Origin: Takakia lepidozioides
Lineage: Eukaryota > Plantae > Bryophyta
DNA: 64,000 bases
NCBI GenBank assembly: GCA_030704615.1
Contig: CM060732.1
Coordinates: forward strand, 41,354,001-41,418,000
Reading direction: 5' to 3'
How positions within the stretch are numbered: the stretch's first letter is position 1; the number at the start of each line of letters is the position of its first letter. Shown here one piece after another: positions 12,841 to 24,536 of the stretch. The position numbers were made by a program, and so were the translations under genes. The notes beneath the pieces are model-generated. The model had not been told where the DNA came from, searched no databases, and saw nothing but the letters and a program-made list of their open reading frames with translations.

Positions 12841-13279
12841 ATGGATCCTGCCGATAGCGAGACTCCCTCTCGAGCTAGAAGAAGGCGCCGCCGAACTCTA
12901 TACTTCACATCTAACAAACAAAGGTTACGGGCGAAGGAGAGAATGAAAAAGATCCGAAGGGGACTCATGTTGGGGGAGGGCACCAGAGAGGGAGAGGAGG
13001 AGGCGGGAGAAGCTGTTGCGCGGCAGTCTCCAGAGGGTTTAGCCGCGGTGGAGGAGGAGCCCAGCGAGCTACAATCTTTTGAGGGTGGAGAGGAGGACGC
13101 CTAGACCTGCCTCCAAGATCAGTCAAGTAGTCCGCATCATGGAAGAGCCACCGCTGGACGGAGTTTGTGGTTTTGTAACCCACCAGTCTGATCTTCTGGG
13201 ACCTGCCCTCCCACACGAATTCAAGGAGAGGACTCATGCGGGAGATGCATCTTCGAGCGCTGCGAAGAAGAAAGCAGAG
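12841..13279 (+). pseudogene. First exon of the cargo gene, copy C (downstream exons missing)
   Basis: RRRRRRTLYFTSNKQRLRAKERMKKIRR, homologous to 7803-8198. Internal stop. Ends at SAAKKKAE/GTATGC donor. Divergent from the transposase, as in copy A. Confidence 0.65.
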
Positions 13280-13352
13280 GTATGCTTGTCGTTCCATTTG
13301 CCTTAGTTTTTCAAAGACAACAGTGCTTGAGTCTGTGTGGTAGATCCCAATC

Positions 13353-14360
13353 AACCTTGCGTCAACGCAAAGTTGATTTGCTGCTAGCGTGAATGCCCGA
13401 GTTCTGAAGGACGGTCACGAATACGGCTGTCATGTGCAACCCCTCAATCAACCTTGCATCAACGCAAGGTTGATTCAGGTGAGAGATACAGATACCCAAA
13501 ACGAACTCTTGTAGCATGGAAGAAACCTCCACAACGGTTTTGGGCAGACCTTGCACAACCTTGCGTCAACGCAAGGTGGAATCGAGTGCCCTTGGAATGT
13601 TTGTCACTAAGTATTGAAGCCCGCAAAACAACCTTGCGTTGACGCAAGGTTGTTTGGGAATCATGTCACTGCCTGTTTTTGCTGCCGTTGCCACACTTGC
13701 AAGCCCAAGAATCGACCTTACGTCAACGCAAGGTTGATCTGGGCCCGAGTTCAGTGTCGTTGTTTACTGTTTTTTGAACGTTTGAAGCTCACAAAAAAAC
13801 CTTGCGTTGACGCAAGGTTGTTTTGGGAGTCCTGTCAATGTCTCTCTTTGCAAGGTTGATTTGAGCTTGAGTGCAGTGTCATTGTTTTCTGCTTTTTTGA
13901 ACGTTTGAAGCTCACAAAACAACCTTGCGTTGACAAAATTATTATTATTATTATTTTTTCCCCTGCTCCCCCCCTCCCCATCCCGCCGGGTACCCGGGGT
14001 GAAAATCCGAACCCGCATAACACTGTCGTTGATGTTGTCGATGATCATCCTGAAATTATGATCATGAAGAAATTGAGTGCGTTGACGCACTCAATTCTCT
14101 GCGGGGGGGGTGGGGGGACAAAAAAAAAACAAGATTTTTTATTTTTTTTCTTCGCCCCCAACCCCCCGGGTACCCAAGGTGAAAATCCGGACCCGCACAA
14201 CACTGTCGATCATGAAGAAATTGAGTGCGTTGACGCACTCAGTTGTCCACCGGGGGGGGAGGGGGACGAAAAAAAACAATTATTATTATTATTATTTTGC
14301 CCCCCTCCCCTCCCCTCCCCTCCCCCCGCGTACAACTGAGTGCGTCAACGACTCAATTTC
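13353..14360. repeat. Palindrome array C: 6 x AACCTTGCGTCAACGCAAGGTT plus half copies, then 3 x AATTGAGTGCGTTGACGCACTCAATT
   Basis: Copies at ~13353, 13450, 13557, 13630, 13715 and 13798 (spacing 73-107 bp), half copies at ~13848 and 13921. Variant-arm copies at ~14071, 14219 and 14334. Confidence 0.9.
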
Positions 14361-14493
14361 TTCATGATCATGATTTCACGATGATCATCGACGACATCTA
14401 TCCAAATGCCGGAAAAAAATAAAAATAAAATAAATAAATAAAATAAAAATCTTATTATTTATTTATTTTTTGAATTCTCATGTGCTGACGCCC

Positions 14494-14728
14494 CCTTAAT
14501 TCCCAGCCCTGTTTCCCTCCACGAACATGGCAGTTCGCTAAGGGTTACGGTTAGGGTTTGGGGTTACGATTTGCAGTGCTTCCCCGGTTTGCCGTGTTTC
14601 CGCGGTAATGCCGTTACCTTAATTCCCAGCCTGTTTCCCTTCACGAATATGACAGTTCGCTAAGGGTTAGGGTTAGGGTTTGCCATGTTTGCCGATTTGC
14701 TGTGTTTGCCGTGTTTCCGCGGTAATGG
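14494..14728 (+). repeat. ~120-bp tandem duplication containing telomere-like (TTAGGG) motifs
   Basis: CCTTAATTCCCAGCC..CAGTTCGCTAAGGGTTA(C/G)GGTTAGGGTTTG..TTTGCCGTGTTTCCGCGGTAATG occurs twice. Confidence 0.8.
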
Positions 14729-15279
14729 GTGCTCATCCACGGAAATACACCTTGCACCTTCCCCCATTCTCGTGCCACGTGGACTGGGTTTACGTCAGGC
14801 TCTTGGGCTCGCCTGGCTAGGCTCACACTCTAGCATTCCGCCGTCCAGTGTGTGCCTCCCTTTCCAACATTGTCTCCATAAGACATTTCCTGGACATATA
14901 ATTTTCATCTTCACTTGCAAGTCCATTCATACATTCTGTGTGGGTCCACAATACTTCTAGTCTTTAAAGATACGCACGTAAATTGTTTATGCATCCAAAA
15001 CATAATATGTCCATTCTTCAACTATCAGCCATTCTACCATTCCAAATTTGTTCCTCCGTCATTCATCCAGTGTTCCAGCATATATCATCCATCATTCGCC
15101 CCACACTCGGCCATCATGCATCCAACATCCAATCAACATTCATCCAATTTCACATCCAGGTACGCATTACATTTCCACTCGTTCCCACGGGAATAGGTCC
15201 CCTGGGTCTGCACCGTCCACGGTCGTAGGCCCGTGCACCCTCTGGCGTGAACATCTTTCCGCTCACGGATTGACATCTT

Positions 15280-15317
15280 CCCGCTCACGTGAGCCGCTCA
15301 CGGACTAGCAATCCCCC
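15280..15317 (-). repeat. Terminal inverted repeat, cargo-side end of copy C
   Basis: GCTCACGTGAGCCGCTCACGGACTAGCAATCCCC; the reverse complement matches the start of copy B (GGGGATTGCTA..CCGTGAGC). Confidence 0.7.
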
Positions 15318-15933
15318 GTAAGAGTGGTGGCAAAAGTTCTGAAAGATGTATATGGGGTAGGTGACTTTGAATTATCTTTTATTTTAATTTATTTGACCTA
15401 TTAGTAAATAAATTATATGGATTATTTACCAATTCAAATTTATCAACAATCTACACCTAAAGCTATGGTAATAGTACTTCAGAAGTGCACACCAATATAA
15501 TGTTAGCCAAGTGCCACACGAAATTAACATGTACTTTGTAGTCACAACTATATCAATTTTAGCACAAATACCATGAACAGGCCGAGAATTCATTTTCAAT
15601 GATGTTATCATGTGAATATGCAAGCCCAGATTGCACGAATGTGCCAACAGAAAATTGTGTGTGATGGTGTCCATCACGGTATACACGCCAATCGCATTAT
15701 TTTTGGTATAATAATTGTTAAAATCATGATGATATCATGATTGTGGTTATAATGCATAACACTATGACACAAATATAGTTTGGATGTATCACGAACCCAT
15801 GAAAATCCGGAAAAAGTGTCGTATTTGTTGAGTAACTGTGGCATGTCAACTTAGAGATGCAGCCTTTTTTGTGGAACTTGAATGTAGTTCTCATAATTCG
15901 TCGCTAGTAGTGCGGAGCAATGCGAAGCCCTAG

Positions 15934-16700
15934 TAATCATAATATATAATTCACTATAATTCACTATCATTATCAAATGTTTGTGTACTTGGTTTATATA
16001 GGACACGCTGTCATTGACAACTGTACCTATATTGAGACAACCAAGTTGTAGCCTAGTGGTTGTGGGTTCAATCCACCCCTGGTGTCACAAAGGTATGCAC
16101 CTTCCTAGCGGAAGGCAGTAGCCCTTCGGGGTGAAGAGACTCCATAAATTACACTTGCTTCGGGAGGCGTCATATTTTTTATTTTTTATTTTCTGTACCT
16201 ATGAAAAATTTGGACCACTAATAATGAAATAGTTTACTACAACCTATGATACAGCTAGGACAAGGCCAGTATGTTATTTCATTGTCACTATCAAATGTTT
16301 GTCTACTTTTTTTTGGTCTTCTAGACAACGACACATATATCGTTGTGTGTGTGTGTGGTGTGTGTGTGGTGTGGTGCAAGCCGCTTAGGTTGGGAATGCT
16401 TCACATTCACGCTTCACAAGATCACATGTGTATGCCGAGGGGCCATCTATGTTCCCGCTATCATGAGGTACAACAAACCCTAGCCTAGCAAGAAAATACC
16501 TCTATCCAATAATATCATATTTCCTCCCTATTTTCTAAGGTCATTTGTTCATTTAGAAATAGATGTTTTAAGGAAAATTAGGATACTATATAGGTAGGAT
16601 TTTCTAATAGGAAAATAGAAATATGGATTAAAAAATTAAATAATACTTATTTAATTTTTCTGGCAAATTTCTAAGCATATAAATCCGTTTAAATCAATTA
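15934..16700 (-). repeat. Dispersed repeat family R, copy 1 (internally deleted)
   Basis: Reverse complement of parts of 21780-23236. Starts with the same TAATCATAATATATAATTCACTAT as 28907. Confidence 0.8.
16035..16192 (+). mobile_element. tRNA-derived SINE-like insert (A-B box spacer deleted)
   Basis: Same sequence as 29008-29195 but lacks ~30 bp between TAGCCTAG and GGTTCAATCC. T-rich tail. Confidence 0.55.
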
Positions 16701-16769
16701 ATAATGCAAGAAAATCACTAATTCTAGAAAAATAGGCATAGGTAGGGGGTGATCCTAGCTTTCAAATGA

Positions 16770-18195
16770 TCCATGGCTCGAGCTCTAGATAATCAACGGC
16801 CCTCCTAAGTTTCTAAAATCTCAAACTGCAAATGAAAATCGTAGGGAAGTTGTCCCAATCGGTCAAATCACCCTCCTACGACTTGTCCTGGCCCCGAGGT
16901 CTTATGTTCAAAACCCTCCCAAGCTGGCCTGTGATTTCATCCATTGGATGGTAATTTATCTTTTTTCTTCCACAGTTCATTCATAAAAAATCCGCCTCAT
17001 CGACTAAGGACAAGTGTCGTCATCTCTCTCATTTGGAACCCCAAGTGCCCCCCACCCCCAGAAGCATCCCTTCTTCAAAAATAAGGATTTTTGTCCCTCT
17101 AATGGTTTGCAAGGTGTCTAAAGAGCCGCCTCGGCCTGTATAAGTTTTCTATGACTCTAAACGACGGCCCCTGGATGACCTTAGCAGCCCTCTAAACTCA
17201 GAATCAGCCACTAAGATATTACCGCTAATTGCACCATCTATGCTAAATTAATCCCCCCAGAGGGATTTAAATGGTCACTCCCCCTAATTTAAGGACCACT
17301 AGGTAATAGAAAGATGCTATGGACCGGAGGTCGCCTGCCCTGCCACCCTCGCGGTCCGGGATTGGCACAATTGGCCCTGGCGCGGGCTCCGTGGGACAAC
17401 CCAACGGTCCGTTCCGCTGGTCCGAGGCTGGAAAGAGCGTTGACTGTCACAGGACCAGCGTGGGGGGTGGATTGCACAGCAGTACTTAGGAAATGTGATG
17501 ATTTCCAAACCAAGGTTCGGAACGTAGTCGCAGCCTCAGACCAGCGGAACAGACTGTGGTGTTTTCCCGCGGGGCCCGCGCTAGGGCCAAATCGTGCCAT
17601 GCCACCATGCGGTTGGCAGGGCAGGCGACCTCTGGTCCATAACATCTTTCTATTACCCAGTGGTCCCTAAATTGGGGGGTGATCATTTAAATCCTTTGGG
17701 GGATTCATTTGGCATGAGGTATGTGGATGGTGCAATTAGGGGTAATCTTAGTGGCTGATTCTCAGTTTACAGGGCTGCTAAGGTAATCCCGGGGCCGTTG
17801 TTTAGAGTCATAGAAAACTTATACAGGCCGAGGCGGCTCTTTTGTATAACACAAGACACCTTGCAAACCATTAGAGGGACAAAAATCCTTGAAGAAGGGA
17901 TGTTTGGGGTCCAAATGAGAGAGATGACCGGCTGACCGACACTTGTCCTTAGTCGATGACGTGGATTTTTTTATTAATGAATTATGGATGAAAAAGACAA
18001 ATTATCATCCGATGGATGAAATCGCAAGCCGGCTCGGGAGGGTTTTGAACCTAAGACCTAGGGGCTAGGACCAATCATGTAGAGGTGTAGGAGGGTAATT
18101 TGGCCCAATGGGACAAATTCCCTACGATTTCCATTTATTGTTTGAGGTTTAAGGCACTTAGGAGGGGCTGTTGAATTATATAACGCTTGAGCCAT
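16770..18195. repeat. ~1.4-kb fold-back (long inverted repeat) with ~100-bp loop
   Basis: Arms ~16770-17430 and ~17531-18195 are reverse complements. Example: AAAGAGCCGCCTCGGCCTGTATAAGTTTTCTATGACTCTAAAC at ~17120 vs GTTTAGAGTCATAGAAAACTTATACAGGCCGAGGCGGCTCTTT at ~17800. Confidence 0.9.
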
Positions 18196-21100
18196 GTGAC
18201 GAGCCCTGGTCGCGCGCTGCCAGGGTGAGGACATACTAGCCTATGGGGTTGTGGTAAGTTGCGGTGTAGGTTGGGCTCAACGAACCGCCTACCCGACTGC
18301 GGTAAGTGCAGGGGTCCGCGGCAGCTATGGGTGGATCCTACCGGCAAAGCAAAGCTTCACAACTCCACTTCACGCGATTTGCGTTTCCTAGTTCCACGTT
18401 TTGTTTATGGTTTTTCAATCGTAACTGCCTTCCAAGTCTTTGTTTATTACTATTTCCTACTTGCCTGAGCTCCCAACGAGCTTATAGCCGGGACGAACCT
18501 TCAAATCTCTTCACAAAGCGAATCCCGAGCTCAGGGAGACGGGGATCATCTATCTCCCGCCCAATGGCCCCTCCAAAACCCTAAGGTGGATTAGTTTCTT
18601 ACCTCCGAGGAAGGGACCGGATCCGCTTTCCCAAGTCGGTCTCCCCCACTTGGAGCGATCCAAAGTTTCAACCTCAATGGTCAGTCCATCGGGTGAATGA
18701 TAGCAATTCAAACCTCTAGGTGATTCCCGATATCTAATAAAACGAATGGCCGTTCCTTGGCCCAAGGCTCCTCCAACGGCCAGGTATTTGTCTTCAAATA
18801 TACAAATACCCCGGCAGAAGGGGGCAATACTTCCCTTAAAACTTCCATTTTGAAGTTAAGGGGGTCCGGATAAAACCCCTTGTTCAAGGCGAATGCACCC
18901 TGCTGAATAATAAATAATAAATAATTAAAACCTTCCTACAAATGCATGAAATCCGTAGAAATAGAGAACCCTCATAGGATCCTGGAACTACCCGAATTAC
19001 CTTCAAGGTACCAGGGGAATGCCCTGGGAACGCCCCTTGTTTTGGGAGCATTGGGGAACCGCTCTTCACCTTGGGAATGCCCCTAAATTCCTACACCAAA
19101 CCCAATCAATAGTGCATTAGCAACTTAAGCAATCACCGGGCCAAGATGAATGAAATTCGCCTCTTATCAATTTCTCATCCGATTGTCATCATGGTGTTTA
19201 AACAATGATTAAACATTCAGTGGGTCCCAGGGTCCATTCCCTGTGGCTCTTTCCCTACGCCTCTTCCACCTACTTCCTATATAGTCTGATTAATTTATAC
19301 AAACAACTAGCCTAGAACGAATTTGAAACATGTCATCTTCTACCTTCTGAAACCCTTATCAAGCATTCTTTCCTCCCTGTTGGGCTCTCTCTCTCTGCCT
19401 ATGGCATCCACCCGCGAGCCGTGCTTTCACAAGCCCTGGGATACATATCAAACTGATGGCTTCAACCGGGCCTATCCAATGGTACCAACCATTTCTTATC
19501 ATTTGCTAAAACACGCCTTCATTCCCATGCAAGAACAATACCATGAATAGTGCACAAGAAATCAAAGGCATAAGGAGAAAACCCCCCTTAAAGACCCATA
19601 CCAGGGACCAGCATCCCTGGTGGAGTTCGTCGCGATATCCAGCGGTTAAAACCAATACCCTGCGGCCAGCACCACGCGGTACGGCGTTATCGGTTCGCCG
19701 CCAACGCGGGTCCAGTGGGTAATAGCAGGCTCCCATCGTCCCTTGCCGCTCGTGTCATACCTGCGCGGGCCCGGCTATGGCGCCTGGTGCTACCACGCAG
19801 TATACCAGCAACCTGTACTTTGCTCTAGGGTCAACTCCCCCCACGGGGGAAGGCCGTGCCACCCGTGTTAGATACGTCTTTCCATGGCGATTCTAGGCAA
19901 CCTCTTTAGTTGACCTCTAGCCTAGAGGCGCCTACACTTTAGTGCTGGGCTCTGCCTTTTTTTACAGCTCTCTACAAAATAGCTTAACCACTTATAAAGC
20001 TAGTTAGTCATGCTTCCCATGGTCCTCCATGGCCAGGGGGCTTATGAACTTGTAAATGAACTTAATAATATGGAAATTTTGGCGATAGCTTCGCCGTCTC
20101 ATGCAATATGACCGTTACCACTAAGCTAGAAATAAAACTTTGACAAGAGCTTCGTCACTTCATACAAGCTTGCCCTTTCCTTAAACTTAATAATGGACAT
20201 CTCCCCTCACTTTCTGACGTCATTGGGTTAGATTCCTAAAGGCCCTATGTCTTCTTCTCACCTGTGCTCATCACACATGCACACAAGGCTTCACACACAT
20301 CTTCTTTGAAAGAGGGTTAGTTTTATCAATTTTTAGCAAACAATGCTATAAGGTCCTTTCTTGGGAAAGCTTAAATAACACATGAAACAATTGAATTCAG
20401 AGGTCAAGATAATGTGGTTAGTCACCCTCTCAAACAAGTGCTGGAGCTCGGGATGCACTAAATCGCTCGGTAGAATGGTACTTAAATCCAGTCCTCCTCC
20501 GGCCTCCTACTCGTCCTCAAGTCTCCCACTTCATGGAGCGCTTCCTCTACTTCTTGCCTCACATGGCCACAAAGCCTTGAGCTAGGACTATCCCGCTCTT
20601 AGTATGCTTGCTTCTATTACTAGAGAGCCACAAGCTCAACCCTCTAGGATCTAGCTCCCTCAAGCTCAAAACTAACTACACAAGCAAGAGGCCAAAACAA
20701 AGAAATTAGTCTAGATGAAGAACAAGAGGAGCTTGCTCTTCTTTTATTGTGTTTTTGGGGCCTCTGAAACTAGTGAAGGATAGTCTTAAACTATTATTTC
20801 CTACATGAGTCTATAATTTAAAAACGATAGAACACAATAAACTAATAAACTTGGATGGAAAACCTTGGAGATAATGATAAATGCGGTTTTTTCATCCATC
20901 CAATGGATGATCAGTTGGCACTAGGTTGTCTTCTCATCCATCTAGCTTTCAGGTCGAAATTCTTTTTTTCATCCATTGGATGAGCTATAATTCCATTTAA
21001 TCGCCATTCGCAAGTGCCTCCGGCTTGATAATTTAATGTCGTCTTTCATCACCTCCATAATTCACCAAACTTGGTGAAAATTTATAATTAGATGCCCCGT

Positions 21101-21779
21101 AGCTGCCCGTACATTTTTAGGGGAATCGGGGAAGAAAAACCAATCATTTTGTTGGTTTCCATGGTTTTGTCATATAGGCAGTCTGTCGCTTCCTGGTAGT
21201 TAAAATACTGGTGGTGCCCCAGGGGGTCTTTGGCCCTGCCACTTGGTCACAGATCTTCTAGAGTTCCCTCCTACTCACTTTGCATGCTGAGGAGTTCAAA
21301 ACTTCGCCGGGAAGTTTCTTCACCCGTTGTTTGCTCCGATGCAATACTTGTTTTATCGCGATATTTCATCGCTACACAGATTGTTTCCTCTAATTGTCAA
21401 GACACCTCGACATGTGCTCCTACTGGACTTGAAAGGCGGGAGAATAGAGAGATCGCAATCCGGGACTGGAACAGTTATCTTGTGTTGTTTCGAATAGGTG
21501 CATGTTATCGTTACTGGTACCGAATTGATAGCCTAATTCGCTGTCGATGCAGCATCCTACGGTCATTTTGACGCCAGAGCTTCTCTCCATGGTCATCGCA
21601 GACATGATCTACATTCATACATGCTTTACCAATGATTCCCAGATAACTCGCAAACTGCCTTGCTTTGGCCGTACAATGCATAAACTGTCTGCCTTAAGAT
21701 CAAAAACGATTTGAAAAGAAATTTGTACCAATATATGCATCTACATCATGTATCATTTGAAAGCTAAAATGACCCCTTA

Positions 21780-23236
21780 CCTATGTTTTTTTTAAATAAA
21801 ATTAGTGATTTTTTTGGTATTATTAATTGATTTAAATGGATTTATATACGTAGATAATATTTTTTCTAATTTTCTTTTAAAAATCTATTTATATATGAGC
21901 AAATGGCCTTAGAAAATATGAGGAAAAATGTGATATTATTGGATAGAGGTATTTTCTTGTTAGGCTAGGTTTGCTATCCCTCGGGAAAGCGGGAACATAG
22001 ATGGCCCATCGGCACACACATGTCATCTTGTAAAGCATGAATGTGAAACATTCCCAATCTAAACGGCTTGCCCTAAACGTTTCAGAAAAGCTTTCCGGAA
22101 GTATGCGCTCCAAGCGGAGGGACCTCCCGAGAAATCTGACAGGCTCCGGGTGAAACCGTGTTATCTCAATAAAAAAACTTAAAGAGAAATTAGCTAGGAG
22201 TAGTATTTCGTAGGTTAACAAATGTTTGCCCCATGAGAGCATGGGAGTTGAACCCTGCGTTTGCTGGGAATTAGGTAGCGAGAGGAAATCTTCCATCGAT
22301 TGCTGACCCGCTGTCAAGACTAGTGACATACTTATGGGTGGGCCGTTCTTGAGCCTAACCCACCTCGTCGCTGGACTCCAGGTCCTCGATGTTAGCCCCT
22401 CCTTCGCGTCGGCATGCAGCGGGGCTCATCAGTTTGTGTAGGGGACATGGAGGCTTTGCAGACTTGCATTGCTTTCATTTGCTCTCTCACTTGCATTTCA
22501 TTGCATCCATATGCATGCAAAGGGGGGGCAAGTATTCTGGCCTGTCTGAGCAGCATGCCATAATACTTGCAGTTTGCCCCATACCACATCTTTGCCCCAC
22601 ATGCAAGCCACACATGGTTGGGCATGTTAGTGGGTTCAAGTCCCACTTGGGGCTTTGCCATTTCTAAGGATAGACAGTTTTGGGTTGAATGCAATTGATG
22701 ACCGGCGCTCGGAGCTCAACTTGCATACTAGTAGATTTAGTGCAAATTTAGACAATTGTGTATAGGTTGCTTTTATATGGAAAATTAAGACCATTACATC
22801 TGCAGATAACACTTAGCCTGCAGATATCACTTTTCTTCAATGCTTGAGGTATGTTGTTTTTTTACATCTGCAAATAACACTTAGCCACATATGCATCGTG
22901 TATTGTCCAAGACTCGCCGTCATATATATATACGTGTCACTGTCTAGAAGAACAAAAAAACTACGTAAACAAACATTTGATAGTGATAGTGAGATAGCAT
23001 GTCGGCCTTGTCCTAGCCGTGTCATAGGTTATAGTAAACTATCTCCCTACTAGTGGTCCTATTTTCTCATAAGTATAACCTATATAAACCAAGTACACAA
23101 ACATTTGATAATGATAGTGAAATACCATACCATTGTCTTGGTTGTGTCAGCGGTTATAGTCAATCATTTCACTATTAGGTAAAGACTGATAAATATGAAT
23201 AAAAATTAATATCGTTTCTAATTACATATAATAGAG
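21780..23236 (+). repeat. Dispersed repeat family R, copy 2
   Basis: Highly similar over ~1.4 kb to 37752-39149; both end at ...CTAATTACATAT(A/G)ATAGAG. Confidence 0.9.
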
Positions 23237-24536
23237 TTTGCATTAGGCCGGTGTTAGACAAGTACCTAACTATGTAGTGAAATGTTTTCTAGTGGTAATG
23301 TAATGCGTCAGTACTCACATGCCATGGTGGCACTTTTCAACAATGTATGACAAATACAGTGAGAGATGCCAATAGTGAGACCTGTAGTGATGGTGGGATA
23401 GTCGTGAAAACCATGGTGTATTGTAATGTAGTGAAGCCAAAAGAGCTCGACACATTTTAGAGCGTCCATAATTGGAGAGCATTGAACGCCTGGCTCTTAG
23501 AGCTGGATGAGTATTTCCGAGCAAATGTTCAAGCTTTCAATTTCCTATTGTTTAAAGTTTAGAATACGGCCAAACCAGAAGTAGTTTTCAACATTGTGGA
23601 GCGCGATCAACATTATGGGCCAAACGAAAGCTAGAAGAGATGTTGCCAAAGACTTTAAAGAAAACATGGAGAATGACGATATATATATCCATCTAGAGAA
23701 GGAGTGGGATAGGTACGTCACAAGACTGGATCTTGGGAGCCATCTGAAGTCGATGACTGAAGGATCAAATGACAAGACGCATGTGGGGAGGCATGGTGAG
23801 CCTCTACAAACGATATCTAACAAACATGTTTCAATTGTGGGAAGTTGGCTAACTTGCAAAGAAAGTGCCCAAAACACTGACAATCAAACATGGCTCAATT
23901 GACTATGGAGTTTACGATTGCTCTATCAACCAATGGGTGGAGGCCGCTGTGGCACAATCTTGCAAAAAATGTCAACTTTTCCATGACTCCAACAATGGTG
24001 CCAAAGCAAGGGCTGCCAAGGATTGACGTTGGGGCTCCCATAGAGGTGTGTTTTGGAAGAAAAGAGCCACGACCAACAACAAGGACAAGTTTTACGACTA
24101 TATGAGCCTCGAGGGTTTTGATCACACAGCTCTTTCAAAATGATCTGAGCATAAAAACACACACATACACACACACATATATACTCTCTGAATATATTTT
24201 GAAAATCCCACAAAGTGGCTTCATCCACTTTTCAACCATGTTCTTCACTTTAGCCAAATATAATGTTTCTGTTTTACGATTATCATTGGTGCAATGAAAA
24301 CATCAAGATGCACCTAGTTGTCTTATGACTCACAATATCGTAGAGTTAGCCTTACTATTACATAGTATCCAATAGATGGCTTGGTTATCAGGGGCATAAG
24401 GTCATCCATAAGTAATAATAGGTTTAACTTTAAAGCCACATGTAGATATATGTTGGATATCACCTGTTGTCAATTTCCTGTGCCATCACATAACCATTTG
24501 TTTCTCCATTGACCAACTTATGTCATCACTCTTCAC

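Larger units (their letters stand above)
1487..15317. mobile_element. Composite Mutator-like (GCM-MULE) element: copy A (1487-~11125) fused head-to-head with inverted copy C (~11126-15317)
   Basis: Related inverted termini: GGGATGCCTCGGCGTGAGCCTGGTCACGTGAGCG at 1487, and the reverse complement of the right end, GGGGATTGCTAGTCCGTGAGCGGCTCACGTGAGCG. GGATGAAT-rich subterminal tracts at both ends (1700-2050; reversed 15050-15160). Two convergent paralogous transposases meet at ~11125. No clean TSD found. Confidence 0.75.

Noticed and set aside
1478-15326. TSD around the A+C composite
   Set aside because: The flanks (CCTAAGCA vs CGTAAGAG) are only partly similar, which is not a supportable duplication.
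17289-17686. Mirror-image 118-aa ORFs on both strands
   Set aside because: A by-product of the GC-rich fold-back arms; no protein motif.
18200-21750. Protein-coding genes in this interval (also 23300-24400, 35700-37100 and 43100-44900)
   Set aside because: Only short ORFs with no recognisable motifs; probably decayed repeat interiors or UTRs.
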